64,000 nt of DNA from Okamejei kenojei (Eukaryota), in the NCBI GenBank assembly GCA_035221665.1, contig CM069151.1:39618001-39682000 (forward strand). Direction: 5' to 3'. Position 1 is the first letter of the stretch. Each line of letters begins with the position of its first letter. Below are positions 13,317-25,974 of this stretch, piece by piece. Below the pieces are notes generated by a model that saw only the letters and a program-made list of their open reading frames with translations, was not told where the DNA came from and made no database searches. The position numbers were made by a program, and so were the translations under genes.

Positions 13317-16300
13317 CTATTTTACTTCGGAGACACGTGAGTGACTACGTGAAGAGCCCCGCCTGGCGCTGGCAAACGGCATTACGTCGACGCTGACGGC
13401 GGAAGGAGGAGCTGCAGTAAGGAGCAGCTCCTCGCAGCGGTCGGAACGGACCCGCAGGTAAGTGGGGCAAAGTCGGGACGTTCGTTGGTTCTAGAGTACG
13501 CTGGGTGGGTCCAGCAGTAAAAGTAAAGTAAAATAAAAGTCAGAGTCACGTTAAAAGTGCTGTTTAGCACAGATTAATGAAAGAAATGGAGAAATCGGCA
13601 AAGAAAATTAGGAGGGTAAAAAGAGCTTCCCGGGGGTGAAAATAAAAATACGGGAAAAAAGCTAGTGCGGAACCCGGTTTCCGATACCGGTGGCCGCTGA
13701 TATACCGTTAGCGAGTTCTAGATTCTCCAGAAGTTATAACCACGGAGAGAAATGCTCCTAAAAATGTAAAAGAAATCTGAGAGGCCCGTGGTTCTGATGA
13801 CTCTGATACTGAAAGTCCTCCAGATAATTAAACTATGTGGAAACTAATAATGGAGCATATGGAGAAAGTTCTCCAAAAAAATTATGAGACTAGGGTCACA
13901 GTACCCAGAAGGTTCCCAAAAAAGCCCCGAGGGTTTAATTATTCTGAATATGGCTGTGGGCCTAATTGGGAGTTGGAACTCCGGACCCAGGATTTGGCCG
14001 AAGGACGTCTCATGGGATGAAATCCCAATTGATTTAGGGCTGCAGAAGGCAGACCCTGCTGATGGTGATTTGCATTTGAAAACACACCACAAAATAAAAG
14101 AAAGGCCAAATGTGCCTGGGATAGCAAAATAATTTGCTATATATGAAGGAAGTGGTGAGGGCTATGGAAGAAAACCTAGCTGCCAACATTAATATATGGT
14201 ATCTCACCAACTTCATGATTCTGTGATGATTGAAAACATCAGAATTATAAAACGCACAGGAAATTGTGCCTCATTGGAAGTGCCTACGGTTTATCCGTTG
14301 ATATGGGGATCCATGACCCCAAATATGAGAGCTCAAGAAGTGAGGTTCAAAAATCCTCACAAATTATTCTGCTGCCATTATGGATTTTGGGGAGATGGAT
14401 AAGTTTAAAAAAGAGGGCCTATTGTGCAAAATTCTTTCTATGAAATTATTGTATGAGAAAATGGCTATTCAGCCCATATTTCAACCCAAGGTTTGCAAGC
14501 CTGTGTCGAGCAAGTGGTGTTTCAAGCTCCTGGTTAATCTGTTTGGAGTAAATCTGCCTAAATTATTAAAAATTGGATGAAGAAGCTAAAAACTTTAGCT
14601 GCATGAAACCTTCGTCTTAGGACAAAAAAAAGGTATTTTTCGCCCAGAAGGGGATTTGATTTTGGAATAGAGGCAGAAGAAATATGTCAAGGAAATATTA
14701 TTGTACTGCACAGCCAATACTTACCCGTATTCGGGGAAAAGCAGACCACCACGCTATATGGAGAGGTATTAAAGACTTGTTCTATCCTTAAAGAAAACTG
14801 CGGATTAATCTCCAGTTGGAGGGAGATTACAAAAGTTTTATAAAGACTGGCTTACTATTACTTCTGATCGGTTTATTTTTACAAGCAGTTTCAGGAGCCA
14901 CTATTAACATTTAAAGAAGGGGTTAATCCTCCAGTACAGATAAACCTGCCTATGCTTTCGTGTTTACTGCAATTGGAAAAGCAGAGATTAATGTGGGAAA
15001 TTGACAAATTATCTGAAAAGGGGTTATTGAAAAAAACTTATGAACACGAGCATCAATTGTGTCTAAAGATATTTCAAAAGACCATAAAAAAGATGGTGAT
15101 TGCAGAATTATTCTGGACCTTACAGATCTAAATAAGTGGTAGAATACAAACTTTTAAATGGAAACATTTAATACTGCAAGATATTTAATATCAGCAGGTT
15201 GTTATATGGCTACGATTGATTTTGAAAAAACGCCTATTATTCTGTACCAATACATCAGTTTCTGGAGGTTAACTTAAAATTTAATTGGCTGGGACAATTA
15301 TGGCAGTTTAAAGCTTTGCCAAATGGATCGAGTTCAGCTCCCAGGCTCTTTACTAAACTGTTGAAACCAGTTTTAGCCCAATTAAAGAGTACAAAAAACA
15401 CATCGTTATGGCTTATCTCGATGACATTCTAATCATTTATGGCAATCAAGAGTCAGCTGAGAATTAGTTCAGTACAAAAGCTTTGTTAAAGCTAGGGTTC
15501 TTGATTCATCCAATTAAATCCCAGCTGCAGCCAGCACAATCAATTAACTATTTGGGGTTTGTAATTAACTCAGAGACTATGTTAATACTTTACCAACAAA
15601 GATAAAGTTGATGATTTTTTGGTGACTTGTAATAATCTCATTCACAAACTTATCCTTCCATCCGAGAAGTAGCGAAAACTATTGGTAAACTAGTAGCAGC
15701 ATTTCCTGCAGTAGAATTTGGTCCATTACATTATCAAAATCTTCAAAGGGACAAAAAAGGAAAAAAAAAAAAAAAAAAAAAAAAGAACTCTCAAAGAGAG
15801 GGCAGGCCACTTTGATAGGCCTATGCAATTAACAAAAGAAGCTTTGTTGGAATTACCATGGTGGGTTAAAAATGTCCCACAATGCTGCTAAAAACATTCT
15901 GATTAAACAGCTTGAAATTGTTTATAAATAGATGCTAATGCTCTCGGGTGGGGGGTAACAGATTCATCCTCCAGTTGTGGAGGTAGATGGAAAGTCCAAG
16001 AAGAAACGTTTCTTCAAACTTATGGTATTAACTATTTAGAGTTATTGGGGTGCTTTCTATGGTCTAAAAAGCATATTGCTGTTCAAAAAAGGGTCTACAT
16101 GTATTAATACAGTTAGACAATAAAACGGCTGTTGCATATATTAATCACATGGGGGGAGTCAGATCAGTATCATGTGAATGTCTGGTCAATGAAATATGGC
16201 AATGAAATTGATCGCCAAATTTGGATTTCAGCAAACTACATTCCAGGTAAAGACAATGTGGTGGCAGATAAAAGATCAAGGATATTTAAAGATAACACAG

Positions 16301-18276
16301 AATGGATGCTTAATCCAGCAATATTTAAGAATATTGTAATTCAATTTGGTTTACCAGAAATTGATTTGTTTGCATCAAGGCTTAATCATCAATTGCCTAA
16401 ATATGTGTCTTGGGAACACGATCCAGATGCAGTAGCAGTAGATGCTTTTTCATTGAACTGGGGGAATATGTTCTTTTATGCTTTTCCACCTTTTGCTTTG
16501 GTTCAGCAATGTCTGAAGGAAATAGAACAAGATTCTGCCACAGGATTGTTGGTAGTTCCAAATTGGCCAACACAACCTTGGTTCCCATTAATGCTGAATA
16601 TGATTAAAGAAACCATATATGTCAATTTCTAACTGTAGTGATATTTTGATTAATCCAGTAACCAAAGAAATTTATCCATTATATGCATATATGAATTTAT
16701 TAATCTGCAGGTTTTGACCAGACCACTACAGGAGCTGGGATTGTTTGACAAAACTATGGAAGTTATAGTCGCATCATGGCGAGATAACACACAAAAACAA
16801 TATATGACACATTAAGAAATGGGAAGAATTTTGCACACAGTCAAATATTTCTTATGATACTGTGAATATTGCAAATGTATTGGAGTTCCTTGCTAAATTG
16901 CATTTTGAGCAACATTTAAGTTACAGTGCCATTAACACTGCACGCAGTGGCCTTATCATCTTATTTAGGACTTATGTCTGACCAGAAATCAATTGGATCA
17001 CATCCACTAATATCTAGATTCATGAAGGGAATCTTTAACATTAATCCACCCAACCCTAGATACACAGAGATTTGGGATGTGAGCATTGTACTTACCTTAC
17101 TTAGACAGTGGACTCCAATTGAAGGATTGTCATTAGAAAGATTAACATTCAAATTAATAATGTTAATATCATTGTTTCAGCTCAAAGTGGCAACTTTACA
17201 AATGTTGCGTTTAGACTGTAATGCATGTGACTACAGATAACATTGTGTTCTATGTTTACGATCTGATCAAACAAAGCAGACCAGGAAGAACTGGAGCAAA
17301 GGTAATCTTTCAAGCTTTATCCTATTGATCCTACTTTATTGTGTGGTTAGACATTTGAACCAATATATAAAAGTTACCAAAACTCTTCGAGGAAATGAAA
17401 ATAAAGTTAATGATTACGCATAAAAAACCACACACTAAAGCTTCAGTTCAAACTATCTCAAAGTGGTGGAAACAGGTGATTACTGTTAGCAGGAGTAGAC
17501 ACTGATGTGTTCAAATCTCACTCCACCAGGGCTGCAGCTACGTCCGCGGCGAAGGAAGGCGGACGTACCGCTCGAGCATATTTTTTAAAAATCGCAGGGT
17601 GGAGTAAAGAAGAAACTTTTTCAAAGTTCTACAATAAACCTGTTCACACTATGACAAGTTTTTGGCCACGCGGTGTTGGGATCACTATAGTCACCTGCTT
17701 TGTTTACTATTGATTGCTATAATCAGTTATGTAGTCACTTATATCTTTTATCACTTGTAATGATCCCTCGGATATAAGGAGGGTTATTGTGATGTTCTAT
17801 AAACCATTAAAAAAGTTAATTATGGAAAGAAACTAATATTAGTCTGGTTTTCTCATGTATGTATTTACTTAGCCGGACTGTCGTACTGATTAATTCTACG
17901 ACATAAAAAAACACAGAAAGCTTTAAAATCTTCACGTAGTCACTCACGTGACTCCGAAGTAAAATAGTAAGATTAAACGAGAACTTACCAGTTCGAAGTT
18001 TGATCGTTATTAATGAGGAAGTTACGGTGAGGGATTACGTGCCCTCCACTCCCACCCTCATAAAAAAAAAATGATCATCCAGGTAGTTCTAAGTCTATTA
18101 TGAGCCTTACTATGTTACTTCGGCTATTTGGTGTTCTGTGTTTTTCATGCCGCTGCTTTGAAGTATGCCGTTTTGCCAGCGCCAGGCGGGCTCTTCACGT
18201 AATCCCTCATCGTAACTCCTCATAAAATAACGATCAAACTTCGAACTGGTAAGTTCTTGTTTAATCTACTATTTTA
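13317..18276 (+). mobile_element. DIRS1-type tyrosine-recombinase retrotransposon, copy 1 (full length, degenerate)
   Basis: Inverted terminal repeats (cgtgaagagccccgcctggcgctggcaaa / ttttgccagcgccaggcgggctcttcacg) and an internal complementary region at ~17928-18041. Remnants of gag-like, RT (YLDD), RNase H, Dam-like MTase (IDLFASRLNHQL, YAFPPF, VVPNWPTQPWF) and YR (KSHSTRAAA). Confidence 0.93.
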
Positions 18277-18702
18277 AAACTAACAGAACGATTGTCACTG
18301 GTCCCAAATGGCTCACCCATGGACACTTCAGTCACTTGCCCATAGCAATTTCCTAAATATGACAGTCCCAAACTATATTGGGAAAATTTAAATCCCCTAT
18401 GACAATTTGTCTTATATCTGTATGTAAACTCCAGGCCTATATTTTTTCTTCTAATTACTGCTGATATTTGGGGACCTATTGTACATTCTCAACAAGATGA
18501 TAGTTTCCTTTATGTTAGGTAGACAAAAATGCTGGAGAAACTCAGCAGGTGAGGCAACATCTATGGAGCGAAGGAAATAGGCAATGTTTCGGTTTGAGAT
18601 CCTTCTTCAGATTATATGTCGCTTTATATTTCTCAGCTTGGTTTCCTTGGTTTCCTGGTTCTCCAAAATATTCCAAATGGAATTGGAGGTGGTGGAGGGA
18701 GG

Positions 18703-19240
18703 ACTTAAGCCAGAAAGGATTCTTGGGAAGAAAGAGCTACCTTAAGTTTTGTTGCATCTGGTTGGGTAACTATGGTAGGGTGAAGGCTATTCCATGCTTT
18801 AATTGTGCGGGGGAAGAATGAATTGCTGTACACATCTGTCTGGGGTAGCTGTATCTCAAATTGGATCGAATGCCCTCGTCTGCTCCTAATTGGTTTGGGT
18901 TTGGTGTAGGTTTTGTAATCTATGTCGAGCTGTCCATTTAGCAATTTGTAATAACAGGTCTCTGTCTTGGAGAGGGTTCCACCCCAGTGAATTCAGAAGT
19001 TTGGTAACACTCGCTTCTCTCTCATAGGTATTAGTAACAAATTGAGCTGCCTGTCTTTGGACATGTTTGATGGAAGAAATGTTTTTATTTGTATATGGGT
19101 CCCAGGCTGCAATTGTGTAGTCCAAATAAGGTCTAACGAGGGTGAAGTATAGCTTCTCCTTGACAGAAGTGGAACAATAATGAAAGTTGCGTCTCAGGAA
19201 ATTTCGGACACCCGTTGCTTTCAACGCTGCAATGATGAGT
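18703..19240 (-). mobile_element. CR1/L2-group LINE 3' fragment
   Basis: LYFTLVRPYLDY, WDPY, VQRQAAQFV and SFFPRTIKAWNSL motifs. Confidence 0.75.
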
Positions 19241-20019
19241 CTGACCATCCAAATAGCCTGATTGATATTGGTAATATCGTCTCAGACCACTGTCGTGACA
19301 TTCTTCTTAATCAATAAAGCAACACCCCATCTCTTTTACCTCTGCTTCCATCGCACCTGTACCCTGGAACATTAAACTGCCAGTCCTGCCTCAGCTTGGT
19401 TTACATAACAGCTACAACATCCCAGTCACACATACCTAGCCAGACCCCGAATTCATCCACCTTGTCTATCATGCATCCTGCATTAAAATACGTACAATTT
19501 AATCCCACTGTGCTCCTTGCCTGTCCATTGAATTTTCTTTAATCACCTTCCATACCAACTTTTTAGCCTCTCACCTGCGCTGGATCCCACACCCCTGCCA
19601 ATCTGGTTTAAACACAAACCTGCCTGTCAGGATATAGGTTCCTCTCCAGTGACTGTTGTGTCACTGGATAATCAACTTCTGACCTTCTTTGCCAGCCAGT
19701 CCAGTTGAATTTTCTGGTCAAATCCTGACCACAGGATATTGATGGTGCAAAAAAGTCTCAGGAAGTTAGACTCTCTTATTTTCCAACACTTTGGCAGCAC
19801 AAATATTATTTGCCACCTGTAAGCCCATTCGTGAATGTTACTGAGGTGCAGCTACAATTGTTTCATTTGTTGCGAAACTGCGAATTGAATTGGGTAGTGT
19901 AGTCCGGAGTCCAAAATTCGATCTCTCAGCCGAAATATTCATGCAAGGGATGTTGGCTGGACCATCTTTGCTTTAAAGTGTGACTCTCAACCAGCCTCAC
20001 ATGAAATACTGTGTATCAG

Positions 20020-20480
20020 TTCATCTGGAGGCGGAAATGGCCGGCGACCAAAAGCAGGAAACTACAGAATGCAATTCTTAATTTTTAGATTACATAGATT
20101 ACAAAATAAAAATGTGACCGACCTGAACCTCTCTTTACAGCAGCTGCCCTCGACCGACTGCAATGATAAAACTATCTCGATGTGCATGCGCACTCAGTCT
20201 CTCGGGGGCGGGCTCATGATATAACACTGGGTTTCCGTGATCGTACATACCTGGCACCCTGCCACCAGTTCATGTTTCCCCCAGCTCAGTGCGCACTCAC
20301 GGCCCGCTGCTGAGGAAGGAACCGCCGCCGCCGCCTCCGCTTCCAGCAGCAAAGTCCACCCGCCTGCCTGGACCCAGGGCGGCCATCACGTCACGTCACG
20401 TGCCGCGCCCGCGCGCTCCGGGCCTGCAGTGAGAGCGCGCGCCCGCCCGCCCGTTTAACTGTCTCCGACCAACGGTGCGG
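20020..20480 (-). promoter_or_regulatory. CpG island / promoter and probable first exon of a minus-strand gene
   Basis: CpG-dense, non-repeat-looking island with NRF1-like TGCATGCGCA (~20184), a GC box, and tandem TCACGTCACGTCACGTG. Minus-strand donors CC|GTGAGT (~20300) and CAG|GTATGT (20251|20250). Confidence 0.55.
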
Positions 20481-20734
20481 ACAACATCAAACGGTGCCTA
20501 TCCACGTCCTCCAGAGATACGCTCACTCTTTTCACAAGCGGCGTTTCGCTCTTCCAGAGATGCTGCCTGACCCGCTGCGTTACTCCAGCACTTTGTGCTT
20601 AGCCAGCTCGGCTCATGGAAGCTGTCAGCAATCTGCTTGTAGTGGGCGAAATCTTTACTTCAGAACTGGTCACACGTCTAGCCAGGCTGTTTCAGTACAG
20701 ACACAACATGGCATTTACCTAACCATGTGGAAAA

Positions 20735-22482
20735 TCAGACCTATATTTGTAGACTACAGCTCTGCTTTCAATACCTTTGTCCTATTCAAGCTCATCCACA
20801 AACTCGTGGAAGTTGGAGTCAACTGGCTTCCAACCTCACTTCCAGCCCAGCAGACCACAAGCAGTGAGGACAACGGCCGGCGGGGGGGGGGGGGGGGGGG
20901 GGGGCAACAAGTGCCATTTGGCATGGGCCTCAATGCTTCAAAGGGATCTTGGTTTGCAGGGTCTCTGCTTGATTTTGATTTGGCGGCCTCTAAAATTGAA
21001 ATAATAATAATATCTTTTATTGTCATTACACGTAAGTGCAACGAGATTTGGTTTGCAACTTCCATCCAATATCATAACTTCAACGACTAATAAAATTTAG
21101 GTTTTGATAAGATAACTCGAGAACAAGGTTTGTTAAAAGAACATTAGAACAGTAAAACAGTCAAAACAGACTAAAGTGCAGATGAGTCTGTGCGACGTGA
21201 CCATCCGAGGGAGACAGTCCATGGGGGTGGGGGGCACACAGCAGGGCCGGTTCAGAGCCGCTATAGCTCTGGGAATGAAGCTGTTCCTGAGTCTGGAGGT
21301 GCGGGTGTAGAAGGCCTTGTAACGTCTGCCGGAAGGGAGTAGTTCGAACAGTCCATTACAAGGGTTAGAGGAGTCTTTATGGATGCTGACGGCCTTCCTG
21401 AGGCACCGTGTGTGGTAGGTGGCCTGGGCCTCAGTTCATCTATGAGAGGGCCTGCGGACAGGTGAGAAATTGTGAGGGATAAAGTGATTAAACCCCATTA
21501 AAGTAAGGAGTTTTAAAGAGAATCCGAACTGAGAGGGGCTGGAGAGAGGATTCTGACACAGCTGTGTCTGAAGGTTGCCAGACCCATCCTTGAGTCCTTG
21601 AGTAAGAAGTAATAGCATTGTATAGCAGTAGAAGGGAGTGATGTAGAGAGATCCATATCAGTGGAAGGGAGTGATAGATGGGACCCTTGTCACTATAGCT
21701 TAGCTTTAGTACTGATATAGGAGAACTGAGAGGGTTCACTAGGAGGTGAGTAAAAACTAGGGTAGGTCATGAGCAACTGAGCATGCTTAATAGAATAAAT
21801 GAATATTACAACACACCCCTGGTCAAGAAACTGCTCATTACCATGAACATGTTTGAACATGCGATGTATGATATGGGAGGTGCGAGGGGATGTACGGTGG
21901 GATGTATCTACAGATTGTGCACCTCAGACCCTGATTGGAGATGGGTCCAGAGGGGAGGTTGAATGTAAAATTCTGTGTATAAAGGGGGATGACTTCTTTG
22001 GCTCCGGGTGTCTCGATTTGGAGAGGCACCCGGGTCTGCTGCAGAGTCGTGAGGAATAAAGAACTCTTGCTTCCAAGATTTAGTCTTTGAGCATTAATTG
22101 TGAGTACAAAGCGTATCTCACAGAAATCATCCGCAACGATAATCCTCAACAATGATGCCCTGCAAAGAGGCATCCTCAGCCCCCTTGTTCACTCCATGTA
22201 CACCCTAAACTGTGCAGCCAAATGCAAAACCAAATCAATTTACAAATTTGCAGACAACATCGTAGGGGGTCAGATACCAAATAATGACGAGACGGAGTAC
22301 AGGAAGGAGATGGACAACCTCGTAACTTAGTGCCAAGACAACAACCTTTCCCTCAATGTCAGCAAGACAAAGGAGATTGATCGACTTCACCAAGCAAAGC
22401 GGTACACATACTCTGGTATGGGGGGACTGCTGTGAGGGGGATGGAGGAAGAGGAAAACAAAGGAGGACCCAGCACGGGGGGT

Positions 22483-22518
<36 letters not shown>

Positions 22519-23150
22519 GGGAGAACAAAGGAGGATCTGGTGCGGGATACTTTGTGACTTTGTCAGTGCCTTTTTTATGTGGTGACTATTTGCAAGGTAT
22601 GCAAGCAAAGAATTTCACTGAAACACTGAGACAATAAAGTATTCATTCATTCATATTGATGGCGCTGAAGTAGAGATGGTTGAAAGCTTAAAGATCTTCG
22701 GAGTAAATATCACCAACAACTTGTCCTGCACCAGCCGTATCAAAGCAATGGCCACAAAAGCACACTAATGTCTCCACTTCCTTCAGAGGCTTAAGAAGTT
22801 CAGCATGTCCTGAACAACTCTCAGCAACTTCCACAGATGCGCCATGGAAATCATTTTTATCAGGATGCATCACAGCATTCTCCATCCAAGACTGCAAGAA
22901 ATTGCAGAGAATTGTGGAAACAGCCCAGACCATCTTGCAAATCAACCTCATTTCCATTGATCCATCTACACCACGCTGCCTCGGCAAGGCCAGCAGCACA
23001 GTCAAGGATGAGTCTCACCCCGATCACTCCCTTCTCCCATCAGGCAAGAGGTACAGAAGTGTAAAAAGGCATACCTCTAGATTCAAGGACAGTTTCTTCC
23101 TAGCTGTTATCAGGCAACTGAACCATCCTATCACCAACTAGAGGTAGGCC
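20735..23150 (+). mobile_element. Rex1/Babar-like LINE remnant, interrupted at ~20870-22100
   Basis: FVDYSSAFNT, LSPLVHSMYT, YKFADN, LPSGKRYRS and FKDSFF motifs. The interruption includes a minus-strand LINE 3' end at ~20995-21425. Confidence 0.7.
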
Positions 23151-23174
23151 CTGACTGCCCATCTACTTCATTGT

Positions 23175-24340
23175 CTCTATCACAGGCAACAGACTATCGA
23201 TTGATGTCTACTACAAACCCACCGACTCCCACAGTAATCTAGACTCCTCCTCCCACCTGCCTTTTACAAAGACACTATGCCCACTCTCAATTTCTCCATC
23301 TCTGGTGCATGTGCTCCCAAGGTGAGGCTTTCCATTGTAGGACATCCCAGATGCCCACTTTTTTTAGTAAATGTGTTTTCCCCCCCTGCTGTCATAGATG
23401 CACCCCTCACACATGTCTCATTTGTGTCCTGTGGTTCAGCTCTCGCTCCCCCTCCCCCCAGATGGAACAAAGATAGATTTCCCCTGGTCCCTACCTTTCA
23501 CCCCACCAGCCTCCGCATAGCACATAATTCCCCATCCCTTTCCGCCTTCTGCAGAGATAGCTCCCTCCACAATTCCTTGGTTCACTTATCCCTTGCCACC
23601 CAAACCAATCCAGGTACGTTCCCGTGAAGTTGCTGAAGTTGTAACACCCGTTCCTATACTTCCTCCCTCATATCCATTCAGGGACCCCGTCGTCTGTCCT
23701 TCCAGGTGAGACAGGTTCACATGTACCTCTTGTAATTTCATCTACTGCATCCGGTGCTCCCGATGTGGTCTCTTTTACATTGGCGAGACCAAGCGTAGAC
23801 TGCGACCATTTCACCAAACATTTGTGCTCGGTCCGCCAAGGCCTGAATCTCTTGGTATTTATCCATTTTAACTCCTCTTCCCATTCCCATACTCACCTGT
23901 TCTGGGCCTCCTTCTTGCTAGAGTGAGGCCACACACAAACAGGAGGAATAGCACCTTATATTCCGCTTGTAGAGCTTACAACCCAGTTTTAAGTTGTTAC
24001 AACCCACTCCCCTTTTGTTCACATCTCTACCCTGTGCCTTACTTGGACTCACACCTTTTTCTCCCCTTCCACCTACATTCCTTCAAGTGGCTTCACACCT
24101 TTAGTCTTATTATCTCTGGTCTTTGTCCAGCCATCTGCCTATCCAAATCCCTCCTCACCTGTACCCACCTATCATTTGCTACGCTTTGTCTTGCTCTTTC
24201 TCTCCACCAGTTTTCTTCCCCCACCTCCCCTAACTCATTCCAAAATCAAACTGAATAAGGGTCCCAACCTGAAACATCACCTATCTATGTTACCACAAAT
24301 GCCACACTGAATTGCTCCAGCACTTTGTGTCTTTTTTAAT
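23175..24340 (+). mobile_element. Penelope-like element fragment (RT C-terminus, GIY-YIG endonuclease, pseudo-LTR)
   Basis: DVYYKPTDSH and IYCIRCSRCGLFYIGETKRRL (GIY-YIG) motifs, with terminal ctgaataagggtcccaacctgaaac. Confidence 0.8.
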
Positions 24341-25974
24341 CAAGCACAGTTACTCTCCAAATGCCATCTCGCTTCATCCAAATTTAAATTTAACTGAAAT
24401 ATTTGTCTCCAGTCTTTGATCAAAACATAACCCAAAGATCTAAATTATATGCATCAGGGTATTAGTGACATCACTGAATATCTGACGAAGGGTCTCGTCC
24501 TGAAATATCACCTATTCCTTTTCTCCAGAGATGCTGCCTGACCTGCTGAGTTACACCAGCCTTTTGTATCTATCTACACCCATAATATCACAACAGCAAT
24601 TTACTGAATGTGGGAACTACAAGCTCTAGTAGAATTAAAGTAAACATTTCAATGATTAGAGTTTTATCTTGCACCGGGAAGATGGTTGTGGATGCTGGAA
24701 AGTAGTCATCCTAGGATGTCAGTGCAGACGTTCCTCAAGTCAGTGTCCTAGTCCCATCATCAGCTGCTTCAGGAAATATTTTCCTTCAGAGGTGAGGATG
24801 TTCCCTTCTGGTCATACCATTTATAATTTCATTCACAGCTTCCTGACAAGTGAATTAGTCCATGCCTGCATGCTGCGAATCTGAGCAACATTAGACATAA
24901 ACTGATGAGTGGCAAGTAACATTTGTGCCAAAAGTGCAAGTCCATAGTGTTCTTCAGCAAGAGGTTCCAATTATTTACCATTGATATTACCATTGCTGAC
25001 TGGATCACCATCAGCATCCTCGGGATCACGACCTACCAGTAACTAAAATGGTTTGGACATATAAATACTGTGATTACAAGAGCACTACAAAGTTTTTCCA
25101 CCACCTGGATATGTCAGATATATGTGATGGAATACTCTCCACTTGCCTTGATGACTACGGTTCCAACAACACCCAATAATGTTAACACTGCCCACAAAAA
25201 GCAGCTCCCTTGATTACTACCCCATCCAACACGCCAAAAATTAATTGACTCCAGCATTGACAAAGTTGCTGCAGTGTGTGTCATCTACGTAATGTATTTC
25301 TGTTGCTTCCCTAGGCTGTCCAACAGCACTTCCCAAACCCGATACCTCTGCTACTGGGAAGGAGAGGAGCATCAAGTGCAAGGGAACATCATTACCTGCA
25401 TGCTTCACTCCAAGACGTACACCATCCTGCCCCAGAAATATATTAATGTTCCTTAGTTGACATTAAATTGAAATGATCCACTCCTCCCCTTCACAACTGT
25501 ACTGTGGAAATATCTGATCCAGTTCAAGTTTGTAAAGCACCACTTCACAAGGGGAATTAGTCATAGACACAAAGTGTTTGTTTAACTCCTTTGCCATATC
25601 CTTATTCCCCCTTAGAATTTCTTCCAGTTCTGTTTCTTCAAATTCTGGCTCTTGGATTTTTTTTTTTGTTCAAACATCTACTCCCACAATCAGCCACCTC
25701 AGGATGATTCGACAATATATATCTGTTAATTGCCTTACTCATTAATGCTGGTTTCAGTACGTTTCCAAACCTGGAGTTTCAATGTCATTGTTCCGATTTA
25801 CAATTTAACAGAATGTTTAGAAAAATAACAAAGGTCACTGTGCTACCTGATTATCTTGAAATCCTTCATACTGCTAAAATAAGTCACCAGTGATAACTAG
25901 CCCTGATTATAAAGCGAAAGTTTTCTGATGGAATTCAGTGTAGATATATGTACACGATTAATTTGCAGATTAAC

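Larger units (their letters stand above)
2583..19650 (-). mobile_element. Old CR1 ORF2 remnant fragmented by nested insertions
   Basis: Colinear minus-strand pieces: 3' RT end (2583-3240, LEYCVQFWSP), 3520-3779, 6349-6770 (PEDWRVANIV), 7818-8624, 11116-11148, 13289-13316, 18277-18510 (GDLNFPNI, endonuclease) and 19240-19650 (endonuclease N-terminus). Confidence 0.75.

Noticed and set aside
20297-20386. MAALGPGRRVDFAAGSGGGGGGSFLSSG as the coding start of the minus-strand gene
   Set aside because: It stops if unspliced and also if spliced to the 2526 exon. It could only work with an exon not found here, so it is treated as a possible uORF.
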